IMG/VR virus record: IMGVR_UViG_3300045988_133024
Span: 1-64,000 of that record
Length of the DNA stretch: 64,000 nucleotides
Reading direction: 5' to 3' (one strand)
Source of the DNA: a virus
In this document: positions 53,912 to 63,778 of the stretch, one piece after another
How positions within the stretch are numbered: position 1 is the first letter of the stretch
How the letters are laid out: each line of letters starts with the position of its first letter
Made by a program: the position numbers and the translations under genes
The notes under the pieces: generated by a model
What the model was told of the DNA's origin: nothing
Databases searched by the model: none
The model's input: only the letters and a program-made list of their open reading frames with translations

Positions 53912-54040
53912 ATGACAAAATTAGAGCAGTTAAATTTATTAAAGGATAGAAAAGCCGTTTTAATCGCTAGAGGGAAAGATAATGGCAAAATCGTAACAAA
54001 AATCAATAGAAGAATCAAAAAATTAGAAAAGGACTTATAG
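53912..54040 (+). CDS. small basic protein (42 aa, not in the supplied track)
   Basis: Strong RBS 'aaggagaaaa' 7 nt upstream. Fills the gap between two genes. Confidence 0.35.
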   Translation: MTKLEQLNLLKDRKAVLIARGKDNGKIVTKINRRIKKLEKDL

Positions 54041-54042
54041 AG

Positions 54043-54633
54043 ATGGTAGGAGATAAAAGTAATGTTTTAATCGCTCTGGTTGGGCGATCTGGAGCAGGCA
54101 AAAGTGTCTCAGCAAAGTATCTGGAAGACATTTACGGTCTGAAATATCTACGATCATATACCACCAGAGAGAAGAGAGCAGACAAACTTGATGATCATAC
54201 ATATGTAAATCTAGCCCAGTATTCCAGAATTACAGGCAAGGTTGCAGAGAATCATTACACAGGCAATTGGTATTGTGCTACAGAAAGTCAGTGCGATGAT
54301 GCAGACGTATATGTAGTTGATGTTCCAGGATTAAAACAGTTAAAAGAAAATTATCATAAGAAACATATCTTGGCATTATGTATTGATACACCAAGTTCTA
54401 CACGTATTCAGAGAATGAAAGATCGTGGAGATACAAGTGATGCAATTGATGAAAGAATGAAAAAAGACGAATCTGCTTTTGAAGAAGCTTATGATTTATG
54501 CGATGCAGTTATTAATAATGAAGGAAGTTTGTCTATGACTTGTCTGAATATTATGGCTGAGCTAGAGAGATTCAAAAGACAGATTAGAGACACGGAAGGA
54601 GCGACAACAAAGGAAGTTGATCAGAACAATTAA
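54043..54633 (+). CDS. guanylate-kinase-like nucleoside monophosphate kinase
   Basis: P-loop 'VGRSGAGKSV'. 'SYTTREKRADKLDDHTYV' resembles the GMP-kinase 'STTR..R..E.DG.DY.FV' block. Confidence 0.5.
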   Translation: MVGDKSNVLIALVGRSGAGKSVSAKYLEDIYGLKYLRSYTTREKRADKLDDHTYVNLAQYSRITGKVAENHYTGNWYCATESQCDDADVYVVDVPGLKQLKENYHKKHILALCIDTPSSTRIQRMKDRGDTSDAIDERMKKDESAFEEAYDLCDAVINNEGSLSMTCLNIMAELERFKRQIRDTEGATTKEVDQNN

Positions 54634-54817
54634 TCAGCTTAGGAATTTAGTTTCTAAACTACACATAGAAAAAGAGGTACTTGTTAAGGATGTAGAAACA
54701 GGTAAGACAATGATGATTGAGAGCGTATCAACCGAAAAGATTGATGGTGATGGTAACGATGCACGATATACGTTGAACTGCAAGAAAGCAGGAGACGGGT
54801 GCGTTACATATAGATGA
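54617..54817 (+). CDS. small hypothetical protein
   Basis: 66-aa ORF with overlapping start. Confidence 0.4.
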   Translation: MIRTINQLRNLVSKLHIEKEVLVKDVETGKTMMIESVSTEKIDGDGNDARYTLNCKKAGDGCVTYR

Positions 54818-54851
54818 TGATATTATTACATAATTTATTGGAGGTCTTTTA

Positions 54852-57089
54852 TTGAAAGTAATTAAAAGAGATTGTACTGTTGTAGATTTCGACAAGACCA
54901 AAATTTACACAGCGATTATGAAAGCAATGAAAAATGGATCTGGGTTAATTAAGGAAGATGTTGCAAAACAGATTGCAAGAGAAATCGAAAATGATTGCAG
55001 TAAATTATCAGAAGAAATTGACATTTCTACAATTGAAGCAATGGTATTCAAAAAACTTGTTGAGAAAGGACAGGAACTAACTGCAAAAGCATACGAAGGT
55101 TATCGCAGTGTTCGAGAGTTCCAGAGAGAGAATTATGACTCTATTGATAGCGAAGTTCTTGGACTTATCGAGGATTCCAATGAAGAAATTAAAGATGAAA
55201 ATGCAAATAAAAATTCTGTACTAAATCCAACAAAAAGAGATTATATTGCTGGTATTGTTAGTGAGGATGCGACAGAACGCTATTTACTTCCACCAGAAAT
55301 TGTGCAAGCGCATAAGGAAGGTATTATTCATTTCCATGACAGAGATTATTTTTTACAGAAAATGCATAATTGTGGGTTATTAAATATTGAAGATATGCTT
55401 CAGAATGGAACTGTAATTAGCGAAGTTTTAATCGAAAAACCGCATTCATTTTCAACTGCTTGCAATATTACGACTCAAGGTATTGCACAAGTAGCTAGTT
55501 CTCAGTATGGCGGACAGAGTATTTCTTTGGCACATTTAGCACCGTTCGTAGATGTGAGTAGAAAGAAAATTAGATCTGAAGTTGAATTGGAATGGGCACA
55601 TGTTGATATTCCATACAAAGAGCAGCATATTGAAAAAATTGTAGCGAATAGATTATATGCAGAAGTTAAAAAAGGCATACAAATTATACAGTATCAGCTG
55701 ATCACGCTTATGACAACTAATGGACAATCACCATTTATTTCCATTTTTATGTATCTGAATGAAGCCAAAACACCACAGGAGAAAAAAGATTTGGCTTTAT
55801 TGATTGAAGAGATGATTAGACAAAGAGATGAAGGAGTTAAAAATGAAGATGGTGTATTTGTTGCACCAGCATTTCCAAAATTAATTTATGTTTTAGAAGA
55901 TGATAATTGTAATGAGTCTACAGAATATTGGTATCTGACAAAATTAGCGGCCAAATGTTCTGCAAAAAGATTGGTTCCAGATTACATCTCTGAAAAGGTT
56001 ATGAAAGAGTTAAAAGGTGATGTTTATACTTGCATGGGGTGTAGGTCGTTCTTAACACCCGATCGTTTCACAGACAAAGGGATTGGCAATATTGCACACG
56101 CAAAAAATTATGATCCAAAGCAGCATAAATATTATGGTAGATTTAACCAAGGAGTCGTTACATTATCTCTTCCAGATATCGCATTGTCTTCTAAAAAGAA
56201 TATGAATGAATTTTGGGCATTGTTTGATGAACGAACAGAATTATGTCATAAAGCACTTAAAGAAAGACATAAACGTCTCCTTGGAACAAAGTCAGATGTA
56301 GCACCTGTTCTTTGGCAGTATGGGGCATATAGCAGGCTGAAAAAGCATGAGGTAATTGATCCGTTATTATTTGATGGATACTCAACTATTTCATTAGGCT
56401 ATGCAGGGTTATATGAATGTGTCAAATATATGACTGGGCATTCTCATTCAGATGGTGGAGTTGGTGAAAAATTTGGATTAGAAATCATGAAACGAATGAA
56501 TGACAAATGTGAGCAGTGGAAGAGTGAAGAAAATATTGATTACAGTATTTACGGTACGCCTTTAGAGTCTACAACGTATAAATTTGCCAAGTGTTTAAAG
56601 AAACGATTTGGCAATGATGTGTTTGAAAAAATTGATGGCAAAGATAGAAATTACATTACAAACAGCTACCATATTCCTGTGTTTGAAGAAATTGATGCCT
56701 TTGACAAGCTTCGTATTGAAGCAAAATTCCAGAAACTTAGTCCAGGAGGGGCAATAAGTTATATTGAAACTCCTAATATGGAACATAATGTAAGTGCTTT
56801 ATTGGAAGTAATTAAATATATGTACGATCATATTATGTATGCAGAAATTAATACAAAGAGTTGTTATTGTGAAAAATGTGGATACTCTGGAGATATTCCA
56901 TTAGTTGACGAAGATGGTATTTTGAAATGGAGATGTCCTCAGTGCGGAAATGAAGATGGTTCTACTATGGATATTGCATTCAGATGCTGTGGTTACATTG
57001 GGACTTCTAAGAATGGAGGCAATCAGGGAAGATATGGGGATATCCATGATCGAGTTTACCACTTAGATGATAAGGAGTTAGATGAATGA
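54852..57089 (+). CDS. nrdD: anaerobic ribonucleoside-triphosphate reductase (class III RNR)
   Basis: N-terminal ATP-cone 'VIKRDCTVVDFDKTKIYTAI'. Zinc ribbon 'CEKCGYSGD...CPQCGNED'. Glycyl-radical motif 'RCCGYIG'. TTG start with RBS 'ggagg'. Confidence 0.85.
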   Translation: MKVIKRDCTVVDFDKTKIYTAIMKAMKNGSGLIKEDVAKQIAREIENDCSKLSEEIDISTIEAMVFKKLVEKGQELTAKAYEGYRSVREFQRENYDSIDSEVLGLIEDSNEEIKDENANKNSVLNPTKRDYIAGIVSEDATERYLLPPEIVQAHKEGIIHFHDRDYFLQKMHNCGLLNIEDMLQNGTVISEVLIEKPHSFSTACNITTQGIAQVASSQYGGQSISLAHLAPFVDVSRKKIRSEVELEWAHVDIPYKEQHIEKIVANRLYAEVKKGIQIIQYQLITLMTTNGQSPFISIFMYLNEAKTPQEKKDLALLIEEMIRQRDEGVKNEDGVFVAPAFPKLIYVLEDDNCNESTEYWYLTKLAAKCSAKRLVPDYISEKVMKELKGDVYTCMGCRSFLTPDRFTDKGIGNIAHAKNYDPKQHKYYGRFNQGVVTLSLPDIALSSKKNMNEFWALFDERTELCHKALKERHKRLLGTKSDVAPVLWQYGAYSRLKKHEVIDPLLFDGYSTISLGYAGLYECVKYMTGHSHSDGGVGEKFGLEIMKRMNDKCEQWKSEENIDYSIYGTPLESTTYKFAKCLKKRFGNDVFEKIDGKDRNYITNSYHIPVFEEIDAFDKLRIEAKFQKLSPGGAISYIETPNMEHNVSALLEVIKYMYDHIMYAEINTKSCYCEKCGYSGDIPLVDEDGILKWRCPQCGNEDGSTMDIAFRCCGYIGTSKNGGNQGRYGDIHDRVYHLDDKELDE

Positions 57090-57679
57090 GATACGCTTCA
57101 ATAAGAAAAATGGACATTAGCAACGGAGAAGGGCTTGGTGTAGCCCTCTTCGTTCAAGGATGTCACTTCCATTGTAAGAATTGTTTTAATAAAGAAACAT
57201 GGGATTTTGATGGTGGTAAAGAATTAACAACGTGGGATGTGTTGGAATTGTTACGCCCACTAACTAATCCGCAATATACAAGATTAAGTATTCTTGGTGG
57301 AGAACCTTTAGCAAAAGAGAATAGAGATGGTGTTTCTGCAATATGCAAATTTGTCAAAGAGTTTATGCCAGACAAAAAAATCTGGCTATATACAGGGAAT
57401 AAAGCAGAAGATATTGGTTTGGACTTAGCTGAGTTCTCTCGAAGACGTAGAACAAGCCACCTTATGTACGATTGCAGACTTGAGATTCTTCCTTACATAG
57501 ATGTCCTCGTAGACGGACAGTATGTAGACGAATTGAAAGACATGTCTTATCCGTGGGCAGGATCAACAAATCAGAGAGTGGTTGATGTACAAAAATCATT
57601 AGAAAGAAATGTGGTGGTCTTATGGAAAGGCACTTCGGATAATCTGTCCATGACAGAAGAACACGATGAAAATGAGTGA
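57086..57679 (+). CDS. nrdG: anaerobic RNR activating protein (radical SAM)
   Basis: Radical-SAM cluster 'CHFHCKNCFN'. Start overlaps the nrdD stop. Confidence 0.8.
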   Translation: MRYASIRKMDISNGEGLGVALFVQGCHFHCKNCFNKETWDFDGGKELTTWDVLELLRPLTNPQYTRLSILGGEPLAKENRDGVSAICKFVKEFMPDKKIWLYTGNKAEDIGLDLAEFSRRRRTSHLMYDCRLEILPYIDVLVDGQYVDELKDMSYPWAGSTNQRVVDVQKSLERNVVVLWKGTSDNLSMTEEHDENE

Positions 57680-57807
57680 AATAAAACACTTTTGTCAAAA
57701 TTATTAAAATAAACATAAGAAAATCGTTGAAATATAAGGGATTTTTCACATTAAATATAGCAATAAAATTCCACTTTTATCCCACTATCGAAAGGAGTGT
57801 GCTAATT

Positions 57808-58170
57808 ATGCCAAAATCAAAAGATTGTCTACAGGATACGGACTTTCTACAATATGTTCCTACAAAATTTCAGCAGAATCGTAAGACAATGTTAAAGAAA
57901 AGAAATCGTAGGAAGAGCTATCATCGAAGGTTGGCGAGACTTAAAAATATCGGTTGGTATCCTGCACCTGTGCAATATGTGGACAAGTATTATTGTGGAT
58001 TTTATGAAATACCATGTAAGAAACCTTATTACAAAAGGTTATATATCAGCAATTGGGATGATTACAGATTTCATAAGAAACTGTCTAACAAGAAAGTTCG
58101 TAGAGTATTGGATGTGCCAAGCAGAGGTGGCTATAAGAAAGTACACGATCTATGGTGGGAGACAATTTAG
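57808..58170 (+). CDS. basic hypothetical protein
   Basis: Start trimmed to the ATG with RBS 'aaaggag'. Arg/Lys-rich. Confidence 0.45.
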   Translation: MPKSKDCLQDTDFLQYVPTKFQQNRKTMLKKRNRRKSYHRRLARLKNIGWYPAPVQYVDKYYCGFYEIPCKKPYYKRLYISNWDDYRFHKKLSNKKVRRVLDVPSRGGYKKVHDLWWETI

Positions 58171-58183
58171 AAAGGAAATAGGT

Positions 58184-58501
58184 ATGACAAAAGAAACCTT
58201 AGATGATATAAGAGAAGTTATTGGTACACTAAGCGTTTGCATGAGCTATAAAAGCATTAATAACATCACATCAATTCCAACTTATGATTTATTACATCAA
58301 GTCAATATTTTAAAAAAAATTGTGCAGAAAAATATCGATCATGTAGTTGATGGTAGTCGATGCGTAGTTGTAGAAGAGGCAAATTTTGAAAAGTTTAAAA
58401 ATTGTGTAGACAATTATTTAGATGCAGGTTATAAAATTTCATCATCCTCATGTAATAGCAAAACTTGGAAAGCAATTCTTGTAAAAGAAGATAAAGAATA
58501 G
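58184..58501 (+). CDS. hypothetical protein
   Basis: Start trimmed to the ATG with RBS 'aaaggaaa'. This avoids an out-of-frame overlap with the previous gene. Confidence 0.45.
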   Translation: MTKETLDDIREVIGTLSVCMSYKSINNITSIPTYDLLHQVNILKKIVQKNIDHVVDGSRCVVVEEANFEKFKNCVDNYLDAGYKISSSSCNSKTWKAILVKEDKE

Positions 58502-58515
58502 GAGAGTGAGTGAAT

Positions 58516-58938
58516 ATGAGTACAGATTATAGAACATGTGAATGTGGCGAGACATTTGCTGATTGCGCAGACGGAGTTGTTTTCTGCCATTGTGGTATGG
58601 CTTGGTGTAGTGAGGAATGTGCAGCAGTAGACGGATATAAAGAAAAAGTGATTACACACGAAGATGGTTCTGAGGAAGAAATTCGTAGTTGTAATTTTTG
58701 CCGAGAAGACGATTTTAGTGATAAGGAATTACTTGAATTTGTAACATCGGCAATTGGCGTTAGTCGAGATGATCTTGTGAATTTTTACAAACGATATAAA
58801 ACAGAGTTAAAAAATGACAAAGCTTGCAGACTCGATGGATTCATTTCATCTACATTTACTAATAATAAAGATAGTGGTACTGGAAAAGGATTTGTACTTG
58901 GTGGCTTAGTAGGGAGGTTTGAATCAATTCATGAATAA
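58516..58938 (+). CDS. Cys-rich (zinc-binding-like) hypothetical protein
   Basis: '[28 protein letters not shown]'. RBS 'ggagag'. Confidence 0.5.
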   Translation: MSTDYRTCECGETFADCADGVVFCHCGMAWCSEECAAVDGYKEKVITHEDGSEEEIRSCNFCREDDFSDKELLEFVTSAIGVSRDDLVNFYKRYKTELKNDKACRLDGFISSTFTNNKDSGTGKGFVLGGLVGRFESIHE

Positions 58939-59182
58939 CAGAGATTTACCAAAGAAAGATGATATTTACAAACACTTCAAAGGACATTTCTACAGAGTGA
59001 TTGACCTTGCAACTCATACAGAAACAGATGAGAAACTGGTAATCTATCAGGCAATGTATGGAGATTTCAATGTTTATGCTAGACCAGTCGAGATGTTTCT
59101 GAGTGAAGTCGATCACGAGAAATACCCTGATGTGGAACAGAAATACAGATTTAAAAGAGTAGGAGAGAAGCAATGCAGATGA
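58919..59182 (+). CDS. hypothetical protein
   Basis: 87-aa ORF. Confidence 0.45.
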   Translation: MNQFMNNRDLPKKDDIYKHFKGHFYRVIDLATHTETDEKLVIYQAMYGDFNVYARPVEMFLSEVDHEKYPDVEQKYRFKRVGEKQCR

Positions 59183-59373
59183 GTGAAAAGTTGGCATTAG
59201 CACTTGGAGTAATTGGGCTTGTAGGCTTTGCAGTGCATCTAATCATTGCAATTGTATTAAGTGTAAAAAACAAATCTATCAAGCCATTTTATAGTGTGCT
59301 TCCACAAGAGCAGCCTTGGTATTTGAGTTTCATGTATATTTCAATTGGACTTTTGTTTTTGATTAAATATTAA
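59173..59373 (+). CDS. small membrane protein
   Basis: 66-aa ORF with two TM segments. Confidence 0.45.
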   Translation: MQMSEKLALALGVIGLVGFAVHLIIAIVLSVKNKSIKPFYSVLPQEQPWYLSFMYISIGLLFLIKY

Positions 59374-59410
59374 GAAAGGTTGGTGTAAAAGAATATTCAA
59401 AGTAATAATT

Positions 59411-59602
59411 ATGGTACTGAGCATAATTGAATGGATGCTGATTGGCTGGTGTGTCATTTCAGCAACTATATGTAATATTTTATTCTTCAAACATAAGAAA
59501 GAGATTGATAAGCACGTCTCTTTCTGGTTTAAATCAGCAGTATTGGCATACTTAATGGGATTCTTTATTTTAGGAATTGCCGTAATACTAATAAATATAT
59601 AA
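59411..59602 (+). CDS. small membrane protein
   Basis: 63-aa ORF with two TM segments. Confidence 0.4.
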   Translation: MVLSIIEWMLIGWCVISATICNILFFKHKKEIDKHVSFWFKSAVLAYLMGFFILGIAVILINI

Positions 59603-59864
59603 CAATGTAACATTTCTAGTTACATTTCTGATGACTATTCGAGGAGAAATATCTATAGATTAGACATGTCTTATTTCTTCCATATGATGACTTTAAAATT
59701 TTGTTTTTATTTTCTGTCATTTAAACCTTGTATTTACAAGGCAGCGCACTGCGTTTTACCTAGGATTACTTGATAAAACCTTTCTTATGTATTTGTTTTT
59801 GTATTGTTGTTACTGCAAATATTAAAGTTGCAATAAAAACAAAACTTCAAGAGGTTTAAGAGTT

Positions 59865-60764
59865 TTGAGTTTATGTGGCGGTGTAGAAACAGGATTATAT
59901 GCTTTACAACAACTTGATATTCCAATTGAAGAATATCATTCATATGAAATTCTACCAGAAGCCATTGCGGTTTCATCGTATCATTTTCCATTTATTATAC
60001 ATCATGGTGATTTATATGAAGCAGATTTTAAACAGTTTGAAGGATTTGATCTGATCCTAGCAGGTACATGCTGTCAGAGTCTATCAAGAGTACGAATTGA
60101 AGATAAAGGCGTAAATGCTGGATTGAATGGGAAATCTGGGATTTTCTATAAAGCTGTTGAGGCATTAAAGATTATAAAACCTAAATGGTTTATGTTTGAA
60201 AATGTGATTCCGTCACATGATGATGACTTAAAAGAAATGACTGAATGCATTGGCGTTGATCCGATCTTGATTGATTCGGCATTGTTCAGTGCTCAGTCAA
60301 GAGAAAGGTATTATTGGACAAATATTCCACTTAATTCGTTGCCAACAAGGCAAAATTCATTGGTACTGAAGGATATTATGGAGTCGGATGTACCACAAAA
60401 GTATTTTTATAACAAACCATTTGAAATATTAGATATGGACAAACGTGTCTGTGGCGAACTAAAAGTCAATACTTTCGAAATGAATCGCAGAATATACAAC
60501 CCAGAGTTCAAATGTTGTACGCTGACTTGTATAAATGGTGGGTATCAAGAAAAGAAAGTTTTGGATCATGGTGCGCCAAGAAAATTAACGGCAATTGAGT
60601 ATGAGAGATTACAAGGACTACCTGATAATTACACAAATATTAAGATGGGTAGCAGGAGTTTAAGTTATTCAAAAAGATGTAGTTTGATGGGAAATGGTTG
60701 GACAGAGCCAGTAGTTGAATGGATTTTGAGTGGGATTAGAAAGGACATAAATGACAATAAATAG
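59865..60764 (+). CDS. DNA (cytosine-5)-methyltransferase
   Basis: Motif I remnant 'LCGGVETG' right at the N-terminus (TTG start). Motif IV 'GTCCQSLS'. Motif VI 'FMFENV'. Motif X 'MGNGWTEPVVEWI'. Confidence 0.6.
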   Translation: MSLCGGVETGLYALQQLDIPIEEYHSYEILPEAIAVSSYHFPFIIHHGDLYEADFKQFEGFDLILAGTCCQSLSRVRIEDKGVNAGLNGKSGIFYKAVEALKIIKPKWFMFENVIPSHDDDLKEMTECIGVDPILIDSALFSAQSRERYYWTNIPLNSLPTRQNSLVLKDIMESDVPQKYFYNKPFEILDMDKRVCGELKVNTFEMNRRIYNPEFKCCTLTCINGGYQEKKVLDHGAPRKLTAIEYERLQGLPDNYTNIKMGSRSLSYSKRCSLMGNGWTEPVVEWILSGIRKDINDNK

Positions 60765-61251
60765 AGTTTGGTCAATGCCAAATAAACATACGTTTCTAAT
60801 TAAGCCGATTAAAGAATTAGTTGATAAATATATACACGGATATAGTATAGATCCGTTTGCTAATGAATGTAAAATCGCAAATGTTACAAATGATATTGAT
60901 AATTCATACGACACGTCTTTTCATATGGACGCAATTGATTTTCTCAAAATGTTTGCTGATGAATCAATGGATACGGTGTTGTATGATCCACCATACAGCC
61001 CAAGGCAAGTAAGTGAAAGCTACAAAAAATTAGGGATGTCTGTGAATATGGAAACAACACAAGCTTCTTATTGGGCAAAACAAAAGGCAGAAATTAGTAG
61101 AATTGTAACACCAAATGGAATTGTTATTAGCTGCGGTTGGAATAGTGGTGGTATTGGTAAGAAATATGGATTTGAAATTCAAGAAATTTTACTTGTTCCG
61201 CATGGTGGAGCACATAATGACACAATAGTTGTAGTCGAGAAGAAAATCTAA
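60751..61251 (+). CDS. small DNA methyltransferase-like protein with DPPY motif (atypically short)
   Basis: 'VLYDPPYS' is the amino-methyltransferase motif IV. At 166 aa it lacks a clear AdoMet-binding motif I. Confidence 0.35.
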   Translation: MTINRVWSMPNKHTFLIKPIKELVDKYIHGYSIDPFANECKIANVTNDIDNSYDTSFHMDAIDFLKMFADESMDTVLYDPPYSPRQVSESYKKLGMSVNMETTQASYWAKQKAEISRIVTPNGIVISCGWNSGGIGKKYGFEIQEILLVPHGGAHNDTIVVVEKKI

Positions 61252-61276
61252 TCCAAAGATATTTGCGAGGAGAAAT

Positions 61277-61579
61277 ATGGGCGAAAAAAATAAAGATTTA
61301 GACAATTTATATTTACAGTGCCAAAGTTGTGCTAATAAGTATACTTCTTTTGAATGTGCTTTATGCGAAGACTTTGACATGTACAAAGAGGAAAATATTA
61401 ATACGGGCAAAGAAGGAATTGCGACATTACATAGAGCTGAATACGTGGTACCTGATAGCGAATTAGAATTGATACAAGATACTGCTAAGGATCTTGGTCA
61501 GTTTTTTGTAGAATTAGGACGTCAGATTCGGTTAGATATGGAGAAAAATATTGTTTCAGAAATTAAAAGAGAAAATTAG
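61277..61579 (+). CDS. Cys-containing hypothetical protein
   Basis: 100-aa ORF. 'CQSCANKYTSFECALC'. Confidence 0.45.
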   Translation: MGEKNKDLDNLYLQCQSCANKYTSFECALCEDFDMYKEENINTGKEGIATLHRAEYVVPDSELELIQDTAKDLGQFFVELGRQIRLDMEKNIVSEIKREN

Positions 61580-61961
61580 AAAATGGTTGTTAGAAATCCT
61601 GCACCCAGATATTGATGCCTTAAAAAATGAAATTAATGAAAGCACCACTGCATTAAGATTTGCCACAAACAATTGCAATGAGGCAGCTCGTCAGTGTCAG
61701 ATTTCAATACAACAAAATGAAGAGATGAAGAAAATGTATAACCAAATTACCGATGTAGCAGTTGACGTTGGATTTCATGATTCAGAGCGTTCGTGGGCAG
61801 TTGTATGTGTCGAAGGAAGACCTGAATATGTAAAATTTATTCCTTTAAGCGGTGCAGATGCTAGAACTATTATGAATTTTTTAAGACAGTTTCAGTATTC
61901 ACGGCTCATTGTTGATAGTCCACTAAAATTCAAAGATGAACTTCAGAGATATTTTATATAG
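61551..61961 (+). CDS. hypothetical protein
   Basis: 136-aa ORF. Confidence 0.45.
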   Translation: MFQKLKEKIRKWLLEILHPDIDALKNEINESTTALRFATNNCNEAARQCQISIQQNEEMKKMYNQITDVAVDVGFHDSERSWAVVCVEGRPEYVKFIPLSGADARTIMNFLRQFQYSRLIVDSPLKFKDELQRYFI

Positions 61962-61977
61962 GAGGAGATTGCAAACT

Positions 61978-62331
61978 ATGATAACAAATGAACATCCAAC
62001 AACACTTATTATTAAAGACAGAGGAACAGGCAAAACAACACAGTTGCTTTACACAAGTGCAACAACACAGTATCCGATTATTGTGCCGAATTATTCACAG
62101 GTTAAATTCCTGCTAGAAAAAGCAAAGGAGCTTGATCTGACGATTCCAATTCCTTTGACTGTAGAACAGTTTAGAAACAGGATGGGAATGAATTATGATC
62201 GTGTTCTTATTGATGAAGGATACAACTTAATTGGCGAAGCTCTTGATGCTTATATGGGAACGCATGTGGCAGCAGTAACTTTGACTGATAGAGTCAAAGA
62301 ATTAGCAGATAAGAAAGCGGTGAGAATGTAA
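61978..62331 (+). CDS. small P-loop-containing protein
   Basis: Start trimmed to the ATG with RBS 'gaggag'. 'DRGTGKTTQLL' is Walker-A-like. Confidence 0.45.
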   Translation: MITNEHPTTLIIKDRGTGKTTQLLYTSATTQYPIIVPNYSQVKFLLEKAKELDLTIPIPLTVEQFRNRMGMNYDRVLIDEGYNLIGEALDAYMGTHVAAVTLTDRVKELADKKAVRM

Positions 62332-62507
62332 TGGAAGAACCAAGTTATATAACAGTTGGACAGCTTAAGAAAAAGCTAGGTAAACACCCAGATCATATGC
62401 CAGTTGTTGGCATAGATAATGAATTTATTACTACGACAGAACATGACACTATTGCACTTGAGGATGGTGTAGGATTATACGAATTTGGAGTTGTGAGAAT
62501 TTGTTAA
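62331..62507 (+). CDS. small hypothetical protein (58 aa, not in the supplied track)
   Basis: The ATG overlaps the upstream stop (taATGg). Confidence 0.3.
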   Translation: MEEPSYITVGQLKKKLGKHPDHMPVVGIDNEFITTTEHDTIALEDGVGLYEFGVVRIC

Positions 62508-62516
62508 GGAGGATTT

Positions 62517-62744
62517 ATGGCAGATAAAAATTTAACAGCTAAAGATATGAGTATGGTTTTTGAAGAAACATGTTTAACTGTAAAAGATGTAAAAAAATTA
62601 TTAGAAAAACTTCCAGACGATATGATTGTTGTGAATGATAAATCAGATTCTTACAGACCAATTGGAGATATCAGCATTGAAACAATTGATTATTGCATTG
62701 AAGACGGGAAGATCGTCTCAGGAAAAGTAGCTGGAATCTACTAA
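62517..62744 (+). CDS. hypothetical protein
   Basis: 75-aa ORF. RBS 'aaggagg'. Confidence 0.5.
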   Translation: MADKNLTAKDMSMVFEETCLTVKDVKKLLEKLPDDMIVVNDKSDSYRPIGDISIETIDYCIEDGKIVSGKVAGIY

Positions 62745-62788
62745 TTACATAAAAGAAATATTTAATTTGCGAAAGGAGTGATAAGCGT

Positions 62789-63253
62789 ATGTTCACGAAC
62801 GATAAACCTTTTATGGTATCGGGAAGTCTAAAAGATACATTTAACGGGACGTTGGAAAAGACATTGAGATTCATTGTTGATATTTATGGAGAAACAGCAG
62901 ATGAATTACGTGGAATTAAAGAAGTAGACGGAAAGTTATACTTTGGATGGATACCGACAAAAAACAGAGATGATGATGCTTTAGATGAAGAATATATGAA
63001 ACAGTGGGATATTGTATTGTCTGGAGATATTATGAAACCATCTTTCAATATGTTGATAGAGATTATCATTAATTGGTTGAATAGTGACAACGCAGTATAC
63101 GAGTATGACAGATTATATTATGAAGAAGATGATCTTGATTACGCTGAAGAGTTGACCAAAGGATGGACGATTTCTTCTATTGCATATGATGATAATTGCC
63201 CAAGTTTTAGCGTATTTTCTGTTGCTCCACGATGGGAGGAGATTGGTAAATGA
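62789..63253 (+). CDS. hypothetical protein
   Basis: 154-aa ORF. RBS 'aaaggagtg'. Confidence 0.5.
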   Translation: MFTNDKPFMVSGSLKDTFNGTLEKTLRFIVDIYGETADELRGIKEVDGKLYFGWIPTKNRDDDALDEEYMKQWDIVLSGDIMKPSFNMLIEIIINWLNSDNAVYEYDRLYYEEDDLDYAEELTKGWTISSIAYDDNCPSFSVFSVAPRWEEIGK

Positions 63254-63319
63254 TTGAAATTTTAGAAAAAGGAACACGAAAACAATGTACATGTGAAAAT
63301 TGTGGTGCGGAGTAGTCTC

Positions 63320-63712
63320 ATGAATGCAAATGATAAGTTAAAGAAATGGATCAATCATAATTATTTGACAAAAGGAGATAGAAGAATGATTACAGATAAA
63401 ACAAAATGGGATGACGAAAACTATTATAGCGAAAATTTCAAAGAAATCATGTACGACAAAATTACAGAAGGAATTGATTTAACGGAAAACGAGCTTAAAG
63501 GATTGGCATGTGAATTTCCATTTTATGAAATTGAAAAAGATAGAGATAGTTTTACCGTGGATACGCAGTCGATTGTTAAACTCCGTGGCAAGTATTTTGT
63601 TATTAATTGGCAGCAAGGCTTAGAAGATTTTGAGGATAGTAAATTTGACGCTCAGCCTTACGAAGTTAAGAAAATAAATCAAATGACCACCACATGGATT
63701 CCAATAGGTTAG
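63320..63712 (+). CDS. hypothetical protein (start trimmed to the ATG after 'ggag')
   Basis: ORF 63293..63712. The internal ATG at 63320 has better RBS spacing. Confidence 0.45.
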   Translation: MNANDKLKKWINHNYLTKGDRRMITDKTKWDDENYYSENFKEIMYDKITEGIDLTENELKGLACEFPFYEIEKDRDSFTVDTQSIVKLRGKYFVINWQQGLEDFEDSKFDAQPYEVKKINQMTTTWIPIG

Positions 63713-63778
63713 TAGAGAAAGTGAGTGATTAGATGATTACAGAGAAAACAAAATGCATATAACGGAGGATGTAATTAA

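Noticed and set aside
57727-58183. Overlapping long versions of ORFs 57727..58170 and 57977..58501
   Set aside because: Internal ATGs with proper RBSs (57808 and 58184) give non-overlapping genes. The long versions overlap by ~190 nt in different frames.
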